Sequence record: LC546831.1 | Reading direction: 5' to 3' (one strand) | From: a plasmid | DNA: 64,000 nt | Part shown: piece by piece, positions 9,083 through 19,025 of the stretch | Layout of the letters: each line of letters starts with the position of its first letter | How positions within the stretch are numbered: the first letter of the stretch is position 1 | Notes under the pieces: generated by a model | What the model saw: only the letters and a program-made list of their open reading frames with translations | What the model was told of the DNA's origin: nothing | Database searches by the model: none | Made by a program: the position numbers and the translations under genes

Positions 9083-9399
9083 CGTTTTCTGATATTGAGG
9101 CCGCACTGTCCAGTACCGGGCGGCGTGCTTACGCCGGCGTCATTTTAGCTTTCCTGCTTGATGCTCACGATCGTGGTGCTGGTCTGGTCGAGAAGCACAC
9201 TGTGGTGGAGAATGTCGGGATCACCGACACCAATGTTTCGGCGGTGGCGCGGCGCCTGGAGGAACAAGGGATAATCGAGATCCTCTACTGGGATACAAAA
9301 TCCGAGAGTCCCACATGGTCCAGCCTACGGAACGGTGCTTGGTCAGCCCCCGGATATCGTCTGCTGCCAGCTGTACTGCAGTTGTATCGTCGTTGCTGA
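9079..9399 (+). CDS. Small winged-helix-like DNA-binding protein (106 aa)
   Basis: NVGITDTNVSAVARRLEEQGII resembles a wHTH. 4-nt overlap with the upstream ORF. Confidence 0.4.
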   Translation: MTFSDIEAALSSTGRRAYAGVILAFLLDAHDRGAGLVEKHTVVENVGITDTNVSAVARRLEEQGIIEILYWDTKSESPTWSSLRNGAWSAPGYRLLPAVLQLYRRC

Positions 9400-9407
9400 A
9401 TGACAAG

Positions 9408-9423
9408 GTTTCGCATGCGAAAC
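9408..9423. promoter_or_regulatory. Operator-like palindrome copy 7 (perfect)
   Basis: Direct read. Confidence 0.65.
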
Positions 9424-9457
9424 TCACCTGAGGACACAGATACGTAAAGGAACCCGT

Positions 9458-10786
9458 ATGAAACTGGTAACGAAGAAATCACCCAGAGGTCGACTGTTCG
9501 ATGAGTTATCGCCTGAACAGGCGACGGCGGTAGGCAACGTTTGTGGCAAAGGACGCGTTACTTCGCTGGTTGAAAAACAGTTGGCTGAAGAGGTGCTGAG
9601 AAGCATGCGTGATAATGATCTTTGGCTGTCTTGCGGTTGCCGCACGACTGCAGAAGATCGGCCACTTAACACCGTCTGTAACCGCGACGGATCTTTGTTC
9701 CTGGTGAATTTCAGCGGAGAGCACAGCTCGGATTGTCCGCTGTATCGTTCAAAGCGGGGTGATGATGGCACAGGGCAGGGCGGCGGGCGCCGAACAGCCG
9801 GCGCCGTGCGCATTGATTTTCGCTCTTTCTTGCCGCGAGACGATAATGGGGCTCGTATCGCTGGGCCGGCGAAGACAAACAGTCATGGCAAAGACAAAAC
9901 AAGTCGGCGCCGTATACCCGCGTTGGCACGCCTGCTGCTGACCTTGATCGAGGCCGCTGGGCTTAATCGCATCGAACCGGTTTACCCTCAGCCAGGACAA
10001 ACCAAAACGCAGGCGCTCAATGCGGTGAAGTTGGTTACCGAGATGGAGCACTTTGCCCAGGGTCGTCCTCTGAGCGAGATTGTATTCTTCGACCCCTGGC
10101 TGAAACAAGAACGGCTCGATGCGCGCATGCGTGAACTTGAAAACGAGGGTAAAGCCTGGCCTGCAGGGAGAGCACGAACTTTCTACCAGATCCTGTTCTC
10201 TGAGCAGGTGACACAAGATGAGGTCGTTTTCAAAAGTAAGTTCGGTGAGACAATATTCCGGCCCGAAAAGCGAGTGAGCATCAACGGCGAGGTTGATGGT
10301 CATCGGGAGAAATACTGGGTGATCCTGATGTACCGGCGCAATGATGCTGGTACGGTCGTTTGCCGCGATGCTTATGCGCATGCGCTCTTTGATTACGCCT
10401 GCCCGGTTCCGGTCGACAGTAACCTTGAACGTGAAACCATTAACTCCATCATTACTGGGGGGAAGTGGCTGCAGAGTTCAGGCTATGAGTTATCCCTTAA
10501 CAAACCGCTGTTCGATATCACTGTGGACCTTGATGGCGAGGAGCGTTTTGTTTTGCCTGACTTCCTTTTGACTGTCAAACACCCTGGGCGGGTGCGAACG
10601 TCGGAGCTTGTTATCGAGACGATGGGGTATACTGATGATGACTACGTCGAACGCAAAGCGAATCAGCATAAGGGTATGAGGGAATTGGGGTTGTTGCTGA
10701 AAGATCCCCCTTATTGGCCGGCACCGGCCGATAAGCGTGATGCATTTGCACGGTATTTGTATGGGCGAATTTCGCACTTAAAATAG
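9458..10786 (+). CDS. Conserved hypothetical protein (442 aa)
   Basis: Long ORF with an RBS, behind palindrome copy 7. Confidence 0.5.
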   Translation: MKLVTKKSPRGRLFDELSPEQATAVGNVCGKGRVTSLVEKQLAEEVLRSMRDNDLWLSCGCRTTAEDRPLNTVCNRDGSLFLVNFSGEHSSDCPLYRSKRGDDGTGQGGGRRTAGAVRIDFRSFLPRDDNGARIAGPAKTNSHGKDKTSRRRIPALARLLLTLIEAAGLNRIEPVYPQPGQTKTQALNAVKLVTEMEHFAQGRPLSEIVFFDPWLKQERLDARMRELENEGKAWPAGRARTFYQILFSEQVTQDEVVFKSKFGETIFRPEKRVSINGEVDGHREKYWVILMYRRNDAGTVVCRDAYAHALFDYACPVPVDSNLERETINSIITGGKWLQSSGYELSLNKPLFDITVDLDGEERFVLPDFLLTVKHPGRVRTSELVIETMGYTDDDYVERKANQHKGMRELGLLLKDPPYWPAPADKRDAFARYLYGRISHLK

Positions 10787-10813
10787 AAATTAATATTTAA
10801 ATAAGGATATCGA

Positions 10814-11245
10814 ATGATGAAAAAGCTATCGGAAAAAATGCTTGATTTTGCATTGGCACGGCCATACATGTGTTTAACTCTCAGCATAGTGTTTTTATTT
10901 TTGTGTGCTGCCAAAGGGGTAGAGTATATGGTTAATGGAAGACATTTAACACCATTGCTAATATCCATTTTGGCATGTGCAATTGGTGGGCTATTTTTCG
11001 TTTACTTTTATATGCGCCATACTTTAGCAATGAGTAGAACTTATAACTTTTTGTTAAATAATAGGAATTCTATTGCGGAGGGAGTTGCGGTGGACCACCT
11101 AAGGGCATTGGCAAAGAGTCATGCTGTTGAGAAAGAATTCGATGATTATTTTTCGTCGAAGAAACACCCTCAAAAAATTGAAGTTTTCGTGAATAAGATA
11201 AGCGAATTCGCCATGAAAAAACTCAAAGATAATTCACGTTCTTGA
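10814..11245 (+). CDS. Membrane protein on a low-GC insert (143 aa)
   Basis: Two hydrophobic helices. Local GC clearly lower than the flanks. Confidence 0.45.
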   Translation: MMKKLSEKMLDFALARPYMCLTLSIVFLFLCAAKGVEYMVNGRHLTPLLISILACAIGGLFFVYFYMRHTLAMSRTYNFLLNNRNSIAEGVAVDHLRALAKSHAVEKEFDDYFSSKKHPQKIEVFVNKISEFAMKKLKDNSRS

Positions 11246-11341
11246 TATGCACCAAAATGCTACATGTCTCTTTTTAGAGACATTGCAGATATTAACGAAC
11301 GCTTTATGATGACGCGAACAACCTTACTTTGAGGCCTTCGT

Positions 11342-11545
11342 ATGAATCATTACCCCGCTGAATATGCAGAAAATATCAATGCCCTGAAAAACGGGCAGGG
11401 CGTTGTTCGAATCGAATCATGGATGCCCGACGAGGTTATTGGGAAACTCATCCGCCGAAAACTGGAACAGGCGGAGGGCGCCGATATTACGGTGACGTAT
11501 ACGGTGATCACGGATGAAATGCAGCAGGCGGCCCACAATTTCTGA
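11342..11545 (+). CDS. Hypothetical small protein (67 aa)
   Basis: ORF with an upstream RBS-like sequence. Confidence 0.35.
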   Translation: MNHYPAEYAENINALKNGQGVVRIESWMPDEVIGKLIRRKLEQAEGADITVTYTVITDEMQQAAHNF

Positions 11546-11859
11546 CCACTCTCCTCTGAATAAGGCCGTCGCTGCGCTCCGCTCTTTTCTGATTCCGCCT
11601 GGCGGCGGCCACCTCCCGAACACCGTCATATCCCTATAGCGGGCCTGCAGCCCGATGACATCTTGCCATACCCCGGCCTTGGCGGGGCGACGGCATGCCG
11701 TCTTCAAGCGGCTTTCGCGGCATATCCTTGCCGCGCGCGGCGGCGGTATTCCACGTCCGCTTGACCCGCGGCGGTGCCTGGCCGCGCTGACATCGGGCCG
11801 CAGGGAACGGGTGCCGCACCGGCACCCTCCTGCCGTCCCTTGTCAGACGAGGAACGCTT

Positions 11860-12504
11860 ATGTCCCGCTATGTGTTGGGTGACTCCGTACAAGTCATGTC
11901 TTCTTTCCCTGCCGGCAGTATCGACTTTATTCTGACCGATCCTCCATACCTGGTTGGTTTTACCGATCGCTCCGGGCGCTCGATCGCCAACGATACGAAC
12001 CCTGACTGGGTGCTGCCGGCGAGCCGGGAAATGTTTCGGGTGCTCAAACCCAATAGCCTGATGGTGAGCTTCTATGGTTGGAACCGCATCGATGCCTTTG
12101 TCGGCGCCTGGAAGGCCGCTGGCTTCCGTATCGTTGGCCACCTGGTGTTTACCAAGCAATATGCCTCGAAATCCGCGTTTGTCGGCTATCAACACGAGAG
12201 CGCTTATATCCTGGCGAAAGGTAGGCCGGCACTGCCGGCACAACCTCTCGCTGATGTGCAGAGTTGGCAATATACCGGCAACCGCCACCACCCGACCGAG
12301 AAACCCGTTTCCAGCCTGCGACCGCTGATCGAGTCCTTTACCCAGCCTGGCGCCATTGTTCTCGATCCGTTCGCCGGCTCCGGTTCGACCTGCGTCGCCG
12401 CTGCCTTGTCCGGGCGCCGCTATATTGGCATCGAGCTGTTACCTGACTACCACGCTACGGGCTGTCGTCGCCTGGCTGCGCTGCGCGGCCGGCGCGCGGC
12501 ATAA
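11860..12504 (+). CDS. Orphan beta-class DNA N6-adenine/N4-cytosine methyltransferase
   Basis: Motif IV ILTDPPYL near the N-terminus and motif I FAGSGSTCVAA near the C-terminus. No adjacent restriction gene. Confidence 0.75.
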   Translation: MSRYVLGDSVQVMSSFPAGSIDFILTDPPYLVGFTDRSGRSIANDTNPDWVLPASREMFRVLKPNSLMVSFYGWNRIDAFVGAWKAAGFRIVGHLVFTKQYASKSAFVGYQHESAYILAKGRPALPAQPLADVQSWQYTGNRHHPTEKPVSSLRPLIESFTQPGAIVLDPFAGSGSTCVAAALSGRRYIGIELLPDYHATGCRRLAALRGRRAA

Positions 12505-12518
12505 GGGGAGGGATACCG

Positions 12519-12740
12519 ATGAACTATCAGGGCCATGAGAAATTACGCGCCGACGTGGCGGCGCTGTCAAACGACATGTGGGAGCTGCATTTGCGATTGA
12601 GGGAACTGGTCAGCACGCATTTCTGGAACAGCGATGTATTGGCCGATCGTCTGGCCGGCCACATTCTGCGTGATGCGCACGATCGCTTCCTTGAGGTCTG
12701 CAAAGCTGTCAACGAACTGGATCACCATTTCAGGGAATAG
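12519..12740 (+). CDS. Hypothetical small protein (73 aa)
   Basis: ORF directly after the MTase. Confidence 0.35.
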   Translation: MNYQGHEKLRADVAALSNDMWELHLRLRELVSTHFWNSDVLADRLAGHILRDAHDRFLEVCKAVNELDHHFRE

Positions 12741-13161
12741 TGGAAAGCAATACCGGGCGGGCAAGGGAGCCTGCCCGGATCACCAGGCGGTATCACGGTC
12801 GGCCGCCGCAGCGTATCGAACGCCGCCCGACCGTGATACCGCCACGCGGCAATTGCCGGCGTCGCCGGCGCCGCAAAGGGCGCAGGCTGGGCCTGCCTAC
12901 ACCTCTCTAAATCCACTTCCTCTGCCGCTGCTGCGTAGTGACGGCCTGTGCCGTCCCCAAACGCTAGTCCGGCTCGGTTGTGTTCAAGCGCCGCGGTGCT
13001 CGCCGTCGGCACCCGTTCGCACCCGTTACGGGCATTCAGCCGCGCAACGGGCTTGCGCTGCGGCTTTGACGGCGCCCTTGACCACTGCCCTCAAGGCCGG
13101 CCTTTCGAATGGGTACGGCACCGGCCGGTGTCGCAAACCCTGAAACTGTGGAGGTAGTCCC

Positions 13162-13587
13162 ATGCAACATGCTCATTCCGTCAACCTGCAGGTGTGTGAA
13201 GCCGATCGTCTGTCATTCCTGCCGTACCTGTTCGACGGCGATTTCCTGCGCGCTGAAATGCAAATTTACGCCACCGCCGATCGCTACTTGTCGGGTTACA
13301 ACGGTGGGTTCTGGCATTTCATCCGCCTGCCGAATGGCGGCGGGTATATGGCGCCGGATATTGATCAGGTGACGTTGAGCAATGCCGATAACTGGTTCGA
13401 AAAAACCATCAGCGGCGATGCCGCCGGCATTATCTTGACGTCGCTGGTCATTAACCGCCGCTGCTGGTTCCATCACGACCGCGGCAATGCCGGCATGGTG
13501 CAAATGTATATCCAGCGGGAAGACCAGTTGAAAACCTACATCGATACGCACCCGGAACGGGCTGATATCTGGCGCGCCCTGGACTGA
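13162..13587 (+). CDS. KlcA/ArdB-family antirestriction protein
   Basis: RLSFLPYLFDGDFLRAE...YNGGFWHFIRLPNGGGYMAPD matches my recollection of ArdB/KlcA conserved blocks. About 140 aa. Confidence 0.65.
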   Translation: MQHAHSVNLQVCEADRLSFLPYLFDGDFLRAEMQIYATADRYLSGYNGGFWHFIRLPNGGGYMAPDIDQVTLSNADNWFEKTISGDAAGIILTSLVINRRCWFHHDRGNAGMVQMYIQREDQLKTYIDTHPERADIWRALD

Positions 13588-13589
13588 CT

Positions 13590-13618
13590 GAAGGCGGCGG
13601 GTCTGTTTGCCCCGCCTT
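13590..13618 (+). terminator. Putative rho-independent terminator
   Basis: GGCGGCGGG...CCCGCC stem followed by TTG/A. Confidence 0.4.
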
Positions 13619-14184
13619 GAACAACAACACAGAAACCCGAGGTTGCCCATGAAACTGGATGAAGAAACCCAAAAACGTCTGCGTCGATACCAGGCGATCA
13701 TCAATGAAGACCGTCTGCAATATGGATTATCCCCGCTGACATTACCGCAAGTGGTCGCCGCCGTTTTTGAATATCTGGCAGATCAGCCGTGCATCTTCTT
13801 GCGCGGGGTGTTTATTCGACAGTAATGCTGGACTTGCCGTGTAGCCTTACATCAGTGGGGCTACCTGACGCCGCGGGAAAAACCCTGTCACCTGCGGTGA
13901 CTGGCAGAAGAGAGCGGCGGCGATGCCGCCGCCTCCAGCTGCCAACAATGACTGCATACCCGTGCTGCAGCAGTGAGGCATCTACCGAGGTAAGAAAGAT
14001 TGATGAAGGGTATCCACTATGAAAAGGAACACGTCTTCCGGTTATAAAAGGAATAACTGCTTGTTTATAAGAACAGTGTTTGGAAAGTAGTGGGTGGCCA
14101 CCCTTCTATTGCCATAACACATCACATTATCGGGATAGTTGGACAAAGGGGGGAGAGGGGAAAAAAACGAGGGCTTGGGGCAAT

Positions 14185-14430
14185 GGCCGGTCGAATGACC
14201 GTCCAGCAGACCTACTCAACCAAGACGCCCGTATGCGGGCGTCAGGTTTCGCCGAACCCGCACGCGGTTTCGGCCTGTCGGTTAGGGTCTCCAAGCCAAC
14301 GGCAACACCCGCGCTTGCTGCCGGCGTCGCCGGCGCCGCTTTCACTGCTCGTCGTTCGGACGACGAGCGCTAAGGTCGCCCCAGCGTTCGCTGCCGCGCC
14401 CGCTGTGTCGGGTTGATCCGTGTTCAACCT
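14185..14430 (+). repeat. Structured leading-region repeat, partial copy 1. Homologous only to the 5-prime half of copies 2-4
   Basis: GTCCAGC..CCTACTC..CGCCGAAC..GGTTTCGG..TAGGGTCT..AAGCCA..CGCTTGC.GCCGGC..GCCGGCGCC.CTTTCACTG.TCG..CGCTAAGG.CGCCCC aligns with copy 2. Confidence 0.5.
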
Positions 14431-14660
14431 TCCAGAGTGCTTTAGCCGCAGTAAGTCTTCCCGCCGCAACTGATAACAGCACAACGCCTCGCTTAAACAC
14501 CAAGGGGTGTATGAACTCCGCCAAAAACTTTTTCCTCCCTTCGGTCAAAAAAACTTTTTGTCTCCGCCCCTTGGTGCCGCTCTTCGCCGTGCTGAATCAG
14601 TTTATTGCGACGGCGAATACTCACAGCGGCATCAGTTATCACCCCACGGAGGATTTCAAC

Positions 14661-14954
14661 ATGGCTCAACAAAACGTCAAAGGCGCGACATCGAAGCCTA
14701 CAGCAGCATCAGCACTTAAAAACGGCGGTCGTTCTGACCTGCAGGTGTATGAGCTGTTTCTCGCTGTGCAGCGCGCCTGCGGTGGCCGTTCAACCGGCAC
14801 GAGTGAGCCGCCGTCCGTACCGGCTGATGCCGAGTATCTGGTCATCGATCAGGGGGAGTTTGACTCTCTGGCCGTTTGGCTGGTCGAGGGGGTTCCGGTC
14901 GCCGCCAGCGATGAAATGAACCTGACGCACTGGGTGATCAGCGCAGGGCAGTAA
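14661..14954 (+). CDS. Hypothetical protein (98 aa), N-terminus MAQQNVKGAT
   Basis: RBS GGAGG before the ATG. First gene after repeat copy 1. Confidence 0.5.
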   Translation: MAQQNVKGATSKPTAASALKNGGRSDLQVYELFLAVQRACGGRSTGTSEPPSVPADAEYLVIDQGEFDSLAVWLVEGVPVAASDEMNLTHWVISAGQ

Positions 14955-15039
14955 AAAGCAGGGTTGCCCCTGCTCCTAACCGCCGGTCTGGACGCCAATC
15001 TGACCGGTTTGACAGTAATAACTATTGGAGAGAAATCAC

Positions 15040-17118
15040 ATGTCTGACATCGATACTAAAGCACCTGCAAAACCAAAATCAACCGCCAAGAAAAGCCCGG
15101 CCAAGGCTGCATCAGCCAAAACCGCAGCGGCGAAGTTTGTTGAAGCTGCGCTGGACAAGGCTGAGCGTAAAAATCTCATGCTCAAAGAGATCACCTTTAC
15201 TGATCAGAATGCGCGTATTACCCCTCGCACTCAGGACGAGATCGAGGAGATGGCAACCAGTATCGAGGCCACAGGCCTGTTGCAGAACCTCGTCGTACAC
15301 CGCATGGCGGATGGTCGATACGGTGCGGCTGCCGGTGAGACCCGCCGCCTTGGTATGGATTTGTTGATGGTGCAAGGGCGTTCAGCTGCTGGCGTACCGG
15401 TAACGCCGGAGTTTATCGTCCCTGTTTTAGTCGTCGATGAGCAGGACGCCTATGCGATTTCTGTTGCGGAGAACGTGCGCCGCACCAATCTGCAACCTGC
15501 CGATCAGCTCGAAAATATGCGTAAGCTGGCTGAGAACGGAACCCCGGCCGAACAGATCGCTGCCATCCTCGGCTTCAGCACCCTGCATGTTAAAAAATGC
15601 CTTAAGTTGACAACCGTAGCCCCTGCGCTGCTGGAGCTGCTGAAAACGAATCAAATCAATTTTGACCAGCTGGCGGCGCTGGGTGCGACGGATGATCATC
15701 TGCGCCAGATTCAGGCATGGGATAAAGGTAAATATGACGACCACTTCCGCACACCAAAGGCGTTACGAAAAATAGTGCTGGCCGACGAGGTTTCGGCCGC
15801 AGACAGCCAGTTGGTTAACTTTGTTGGGATTGATGCCTATCAAGCAGCAGGCGGTGAGATCCGCGAGGAGATGTTCGTTGACGATGTCATTCTAACCGAC
15901 CCATTGAAGCTGGAAACGCTGGCGATCGCCAAGCTGCAAGCGGTGGCGGATGATGTGGCGAAAAATGAAGGGTGGGCATGGGCTGTTGGCCGTACTCGTG
16001 AGGCGCAACGTTATACCGACGATGAGAAGACATTCGTAGTCCCTTGGGTAACCACGAGGCTGACCAGCGAGCAGCAGGCAGAAATGGATCAGCTGCTCGC
16101 TGAGCAAGAATTGCTGGATGACATGTTTGATACTGCTGAACTCGATGCAGACGATGAATGGGAACATGCGCCACGCGTTGAGCAGATTGAGACGCGTATC
16201 AACGAAATAAACGCAGCTGCAGAACTCAACAACTGGCCGTCAGAAGTTCGTGCGACGGCAGGCATAATCGCTTATCTGAAAGATGGCCAGATCCAAATCC
16301 AACGTGGCTTGATGAAAGTGGAGGACATCAAGCAACAAGAGAAAGCCAACCGCGAAGAAATCAAGAAGAACACCCCACCGTCAGAAAAGGGGCTGTCCCA
16401 AGTCTTGGTGAGCAGTTTATCCGCCGAACGCACTTTAGCCGTGTCAGCGGCGCTGGCGCAGAACACCAACGTCGCGATTGCACTCCATACGTTCACGCTG
16501 GCGCGGCGGGTGTTCGACGCGGGATATTTCTATGTGTTGCACACCTCTGTAGAAAGCATGCGCAGCGGCTGCTTATCCCAGTCAGAAGAGGCTGGTAGCG
16601 CGAGTGGCATCGCCAACCTGAAACTGAACGAGATGCATGAGAGCTGGCTGAACCAATTCCCGGATAATTGGAGCGAAAGTTTTGAGTGGCTGCTGGCGTG
16701 GCCACAGGGTGACGTTCTCGGGTTATTGGCATACTGCGTTTCCCACGGCCTCGATGGCCGAGACAGTTATCTCAAGGATAAGCGGGTTGGCACCAAGCTG
16801 GATTCGGTAGAAAAAGCCCTCGATTTCCAGATCGGGGAATGGTGGAAACCGACTGCCGCGAACTTCTTCTCACGGATCGGCAAAGACCAAATCGTGGACG
16901 CCCTCAATAGCGCCGGTGAAATCGGGAAGGCAAAAGATGCCGAGGGTATGAAACGTAAAGAAGCCGCCGAATTCGCCGCTGCGGTGTTGAGCGAAACAGG
17001 TTGGTTGCCGAGCTGCATGGCACCGCAGCCGCAGGCCGAATCGGAAAGCCGGGCTGATGCCACTGCCAGTGCCACGAACGCCAACGATACTGACGCTGAC
17101 GACAGCGCTGCCGCCTAA
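15040..17118 (+). CDS. Large ParB-like nuclease domain protein of F-plasmid leading regions
   Basis: N-terminal ParB/Srx block LLQNLVVHRMADGRYGAAAGETRRLGMDLL. About 690 aa with an acidic tail. Located upstream of psiB as in F. Confidence 0.75.
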   Translation: MSDIDTKAPAKPKSTAKKSPAKAASAKTAAAKFVEAALDKAERKNLMLKEITFTDQNARITPRTQDEIEEMATSIEATGLLQNLVVHRMADGRYGAAAGETRRLGMDLLMVQGRSAAGVPVTPEFIVPVLVVDEQDAYAISVAENVRRTNLQPADQLENMRKLAENGTPAEQIAAILGFSTLHVKKCLKLTTVAPALLELLKTNQINFDQLAALGATDDHLRQIQAWDKGKYDDHFRTPKALRKIVLADEVSAADSQLVNFVGIDAYQAAGGEIREEMFVDDVILTDPLKLETLAIAKLQAVADDVAKNEGWAWAVGRTREAQRYTDDEKTFVVPWVTTRLTSEQQAEMDQLLAEQELLDDMFDTAELDADDEWEHAPRVEQIETRINEINAAAELNNWPSEVRATAGIIAYLKDGQIQIQRGLMKVEDIKQQEKANREEIKKNTPPSEKGLSQVLVSSLSAERTLAVSAALAQNTNVAIALHTFTLARRVFDAGYFYVLHTSVESMRSGCLSQSEEAGSASGIANLKLNEMHESWLNQFPDNWSESFEWLLAWPQGDVLGLLAYCVSHGLDGRDSYLKDKRVGTKLDSVEKALDFQIGEWWKPTAANFFSRIGKDQIVDALNSAGEIGKAKDAEGMKRKEAAEFAAAVLSETGWLPSCMAPQPQAESESRADATASATNANDTDADDSAAA

Positions 17119-17150
17119 CTGACAAGGAGCTGCCGCCCTCGGGCGGCAGA
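17119..17150 (+). terminator. Hairpin (attenuator or terminator)
   Basis: CTGCCGCCCTCGGGCGGCAG inverted repeat. Confidence 0.35.
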
Positions 17151-17159
17151 ATAAGCATC

Positions 17160-17624
17160 ATGAAAAACCAAAAATTGAGCCTTTCGCAGTTAGCCGTGAT
17201 GAGTGCCTTTGAGCTGGAACAGTATCGTGATCGGGGCAGTGAGGCGCGGCGGCAGCTGAACAATATTGTGCTTGGCCAGATTGAGCTGCCGGATGGGTGG
17301 AGCGCCGTTGCGGAGGAGGCAAGCGAGTTTTGCGGGCAGGTGCCTGTTGTTTGCCGGATCAGTCCACGGGGGGATGACAATCTGGCCATATTCCTGTGCA
17401 GTGCCGGGAATGAAGTGCCGGAATGGTCAGCTTTTCTCCCATTCCAGGAAACAACAAATGAGGCAGACCAGGGCAATCGCGTCGCCTGGTTACACACTGC
17501 GGAGAATTTTGACCCGGATACGGTCAACAAGGTGTTGGCGACTGTCGGCGATTACTATCGGCACGGGTTTAACCAGCCAGCACAGCTGGCCACCGCGCTG
17601 CGGATGGGAGGGCTGTGCGTATGA
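17160..17624 (+). CDS. psiB: Plasmid SOS-inhibition protein PsiB
   Basis: SLSQLAVMSAFELEQYRDRGSEARRQLNNIVLGQIELPDGW aligns with F PsiB [41 protein letters not shown]. Confidence 0.8.
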   Translation: MKNQKLSLSQLAVMSAFELEQYRDRGSEARRQLNNIVLGQIELPDGWSAVAEEASEFCGQVPVVCRISPRGDDNLAIFLCSAGNEVPEWSAFLPFQETTNEADQGNRVAWLHTAENFDPDTVNKVLATVGDYYRHGFNQPAQLATALRMGGLCV

Positions 17625-18358
17625 TCCCGAACAGTCACGCTCTGGTATCGATCAATGAATATCAGCATGCCGCCGTCCATGCCGTAGCATTGGTCGAAAG
17701 TAAAAAAAAGAGGGGAAAGCGGCTCGCTGAATTTCCGTATGCCAAAGCCTTTTTCAAGGTGTTGAACAACGGGCGGGGGCAGATTCTATCAACCGACATT
17801 CGCCTCATTTCATCCAACTATTTTCCTGATGAGCGGGGCGGCGCATCCATTGCGCAGTATGTTGCGGCACTGGACACGTTGATCGAAAGTGGTGGCCAAT
17901 ACAACCCGCTTCCTCTGTCTGGGGATGTCGCTGCCAAGCTGTTTCCGGCCTACGGTGCTCTTTGCCGCGAACGGCGTGAACGTCAGTGGGATATGAAATC
18001 CGAGCGTAAAGAACGCCGGCGCTCACGGGAAGAACAGCAAAAGCGCCGGCGATACCAAAACCGACTTGCGCAAGCTGACGTCGAGCTGGCGTTTGTAACG
18101 CCGAGTACAGTAGGGGCATGGTATACGCGCTGGAGTAAACAGGACATTTACGAAGACGATCTGGTCGAGAGCGTGCTGGTATGGATTGAACAGTTCCCGT
18201 GCATGGCAGAAAGCGGGCTTCAGCGCCACAAAAGTGACGCTTTGTGGAGAGTCATTGAGCGGTTGACTCAGGTCGAAACTAACTTTACCGAGACTGAACG
18301 TGTTTTTAATTCTCTGATCATTCCAAACAAGTTACGGGCATTTGATTGCGATGCCTAA
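17615..18358 (+). CDS. psiA: PsiA
   Basis: LAEFPYAKAFFKVLNNGRGQILSTDIRLISS matches F PsiA LAEYPYAGAFFRCLNGSRRISLTDLRFF. Overlaps the psiB stop. Confidence 0.8.
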   Translation: MRMIPNSHALVSINEYQHAAVHAVALVESKKKRGKRLAEFPYAKAFFKVLNNGRGQILSTDIRLISSNYFPDERGGASIAQYVAALDTLIESGGQYNPLPLSGDVAAKLFPAYGALCRERRERQWDMKSERKERRRSREEQQKRRRYQNRLAQADVELAFVTPSTVGAWYTRWSKQDIYEDDLVESVLVWIEQFPCMAESGLQRHKSDALWRVIERLTQVETNFTETERVFNSLIIPNKLRAFDCDA

Positions 18359-18416
18359 ATAAAGGTAATGTAGTGTATATCGGGTGTTAATATAATAAAT
18401 TATTTGGGGGCGTAAT

Positions 18417-18800
18417 ATGTTAGGGTTTATTGTAGCTGTTTTGATAATGTCATGCGCTATTGCTTTTGTGACAAAACAGGCAAAAAATGGTGCATTTACT
18501 AGATTTAACAAGCGATTAAGTGCTATATGCAATGTTGGCTTGTTGTATTCTGGACTAATATTTATTTTGGTGTCTGTTGTATTTAACGCATTTTATGGAG
18601 CGGAAAATACTCCTGTGGAAACTCTGAATTCGCCTTTCTCAAACGTTGTTAGCGGAATGGGTGAGATGGCCTCTCAGTTGTCCAATGTATTGATGTATTT
18701 GGGAGTTTTTTGTTCGGTTGCTTCCTTTCCATTGAAACTATTGATTAATAGGGATGGAAGTAGCGGTGATGATGATAAACAAGATGAGGGGGCATTATGA
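18417..18800 (+). CDS. Membrane protein on a low-GC insert (127 aa)
   Basis: Three hydrophobic helices. AT-rich. Confidence 0.4.
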   Translation: MLGFIVAVLIMSCAIAFVTKQAKNGAFTRFNKRLSAICNVGLLYSGLIFILVSVVFNAFYGAENTPVETLNSPFSNVVSGMGEMASQLSNVLMYLGVFCSVASFPLKLLINRDGSSGDDDKQDEGAL

Positions 18801-19015
18801 ATAATTTAGAAATTGACCGGAGTGTCACGGGGGATCTGGTCACTGAGTTAAAGAAATATGGCAGTAAAACAGTGACTGTTATGCAATCCTACGATGAACT
18901 AGCTGACCGTCACTACAAGCCTCGCCCCGCGTTCCGTGACTGGGTGCGTCGGTTGAAAGAAGGTGAGCGATTGCCCAGGGGCCGGTATTTTAACGGGCCA
19001 AAAAAGAAAGCATAG
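18797..19015 (+). CDS. Small basic protein (72 aa)
   Basis: 4-nt overlap with the upstream ORF. Terminator follows. Confidence 0.4.
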   Translation: MNNLEIDRSVTGDLVTELKKYGSKTVTVMQSYDELADRHYKPRPAFRDWVRRLKEGERLPRGRYFNGPKKKA

Positions 19016-19025
19016 TAATAACAAG

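Noticed and set aside
11704-12291. 195-aa minus-strand ORF over the methyltransferase gene
   Set aside because: Antisense artefact. The + frame carries DPPY and FxGxG.
14090-14650. ORF-track entries 14080..14416, 14127..14345, 14242..14548 and 14507..14719 near repeat copy 1
   Set aside because: They fall inside the structured repeat, which is noncoding in the other copies. The real gene starts at 14661 (MAQQNVKG).
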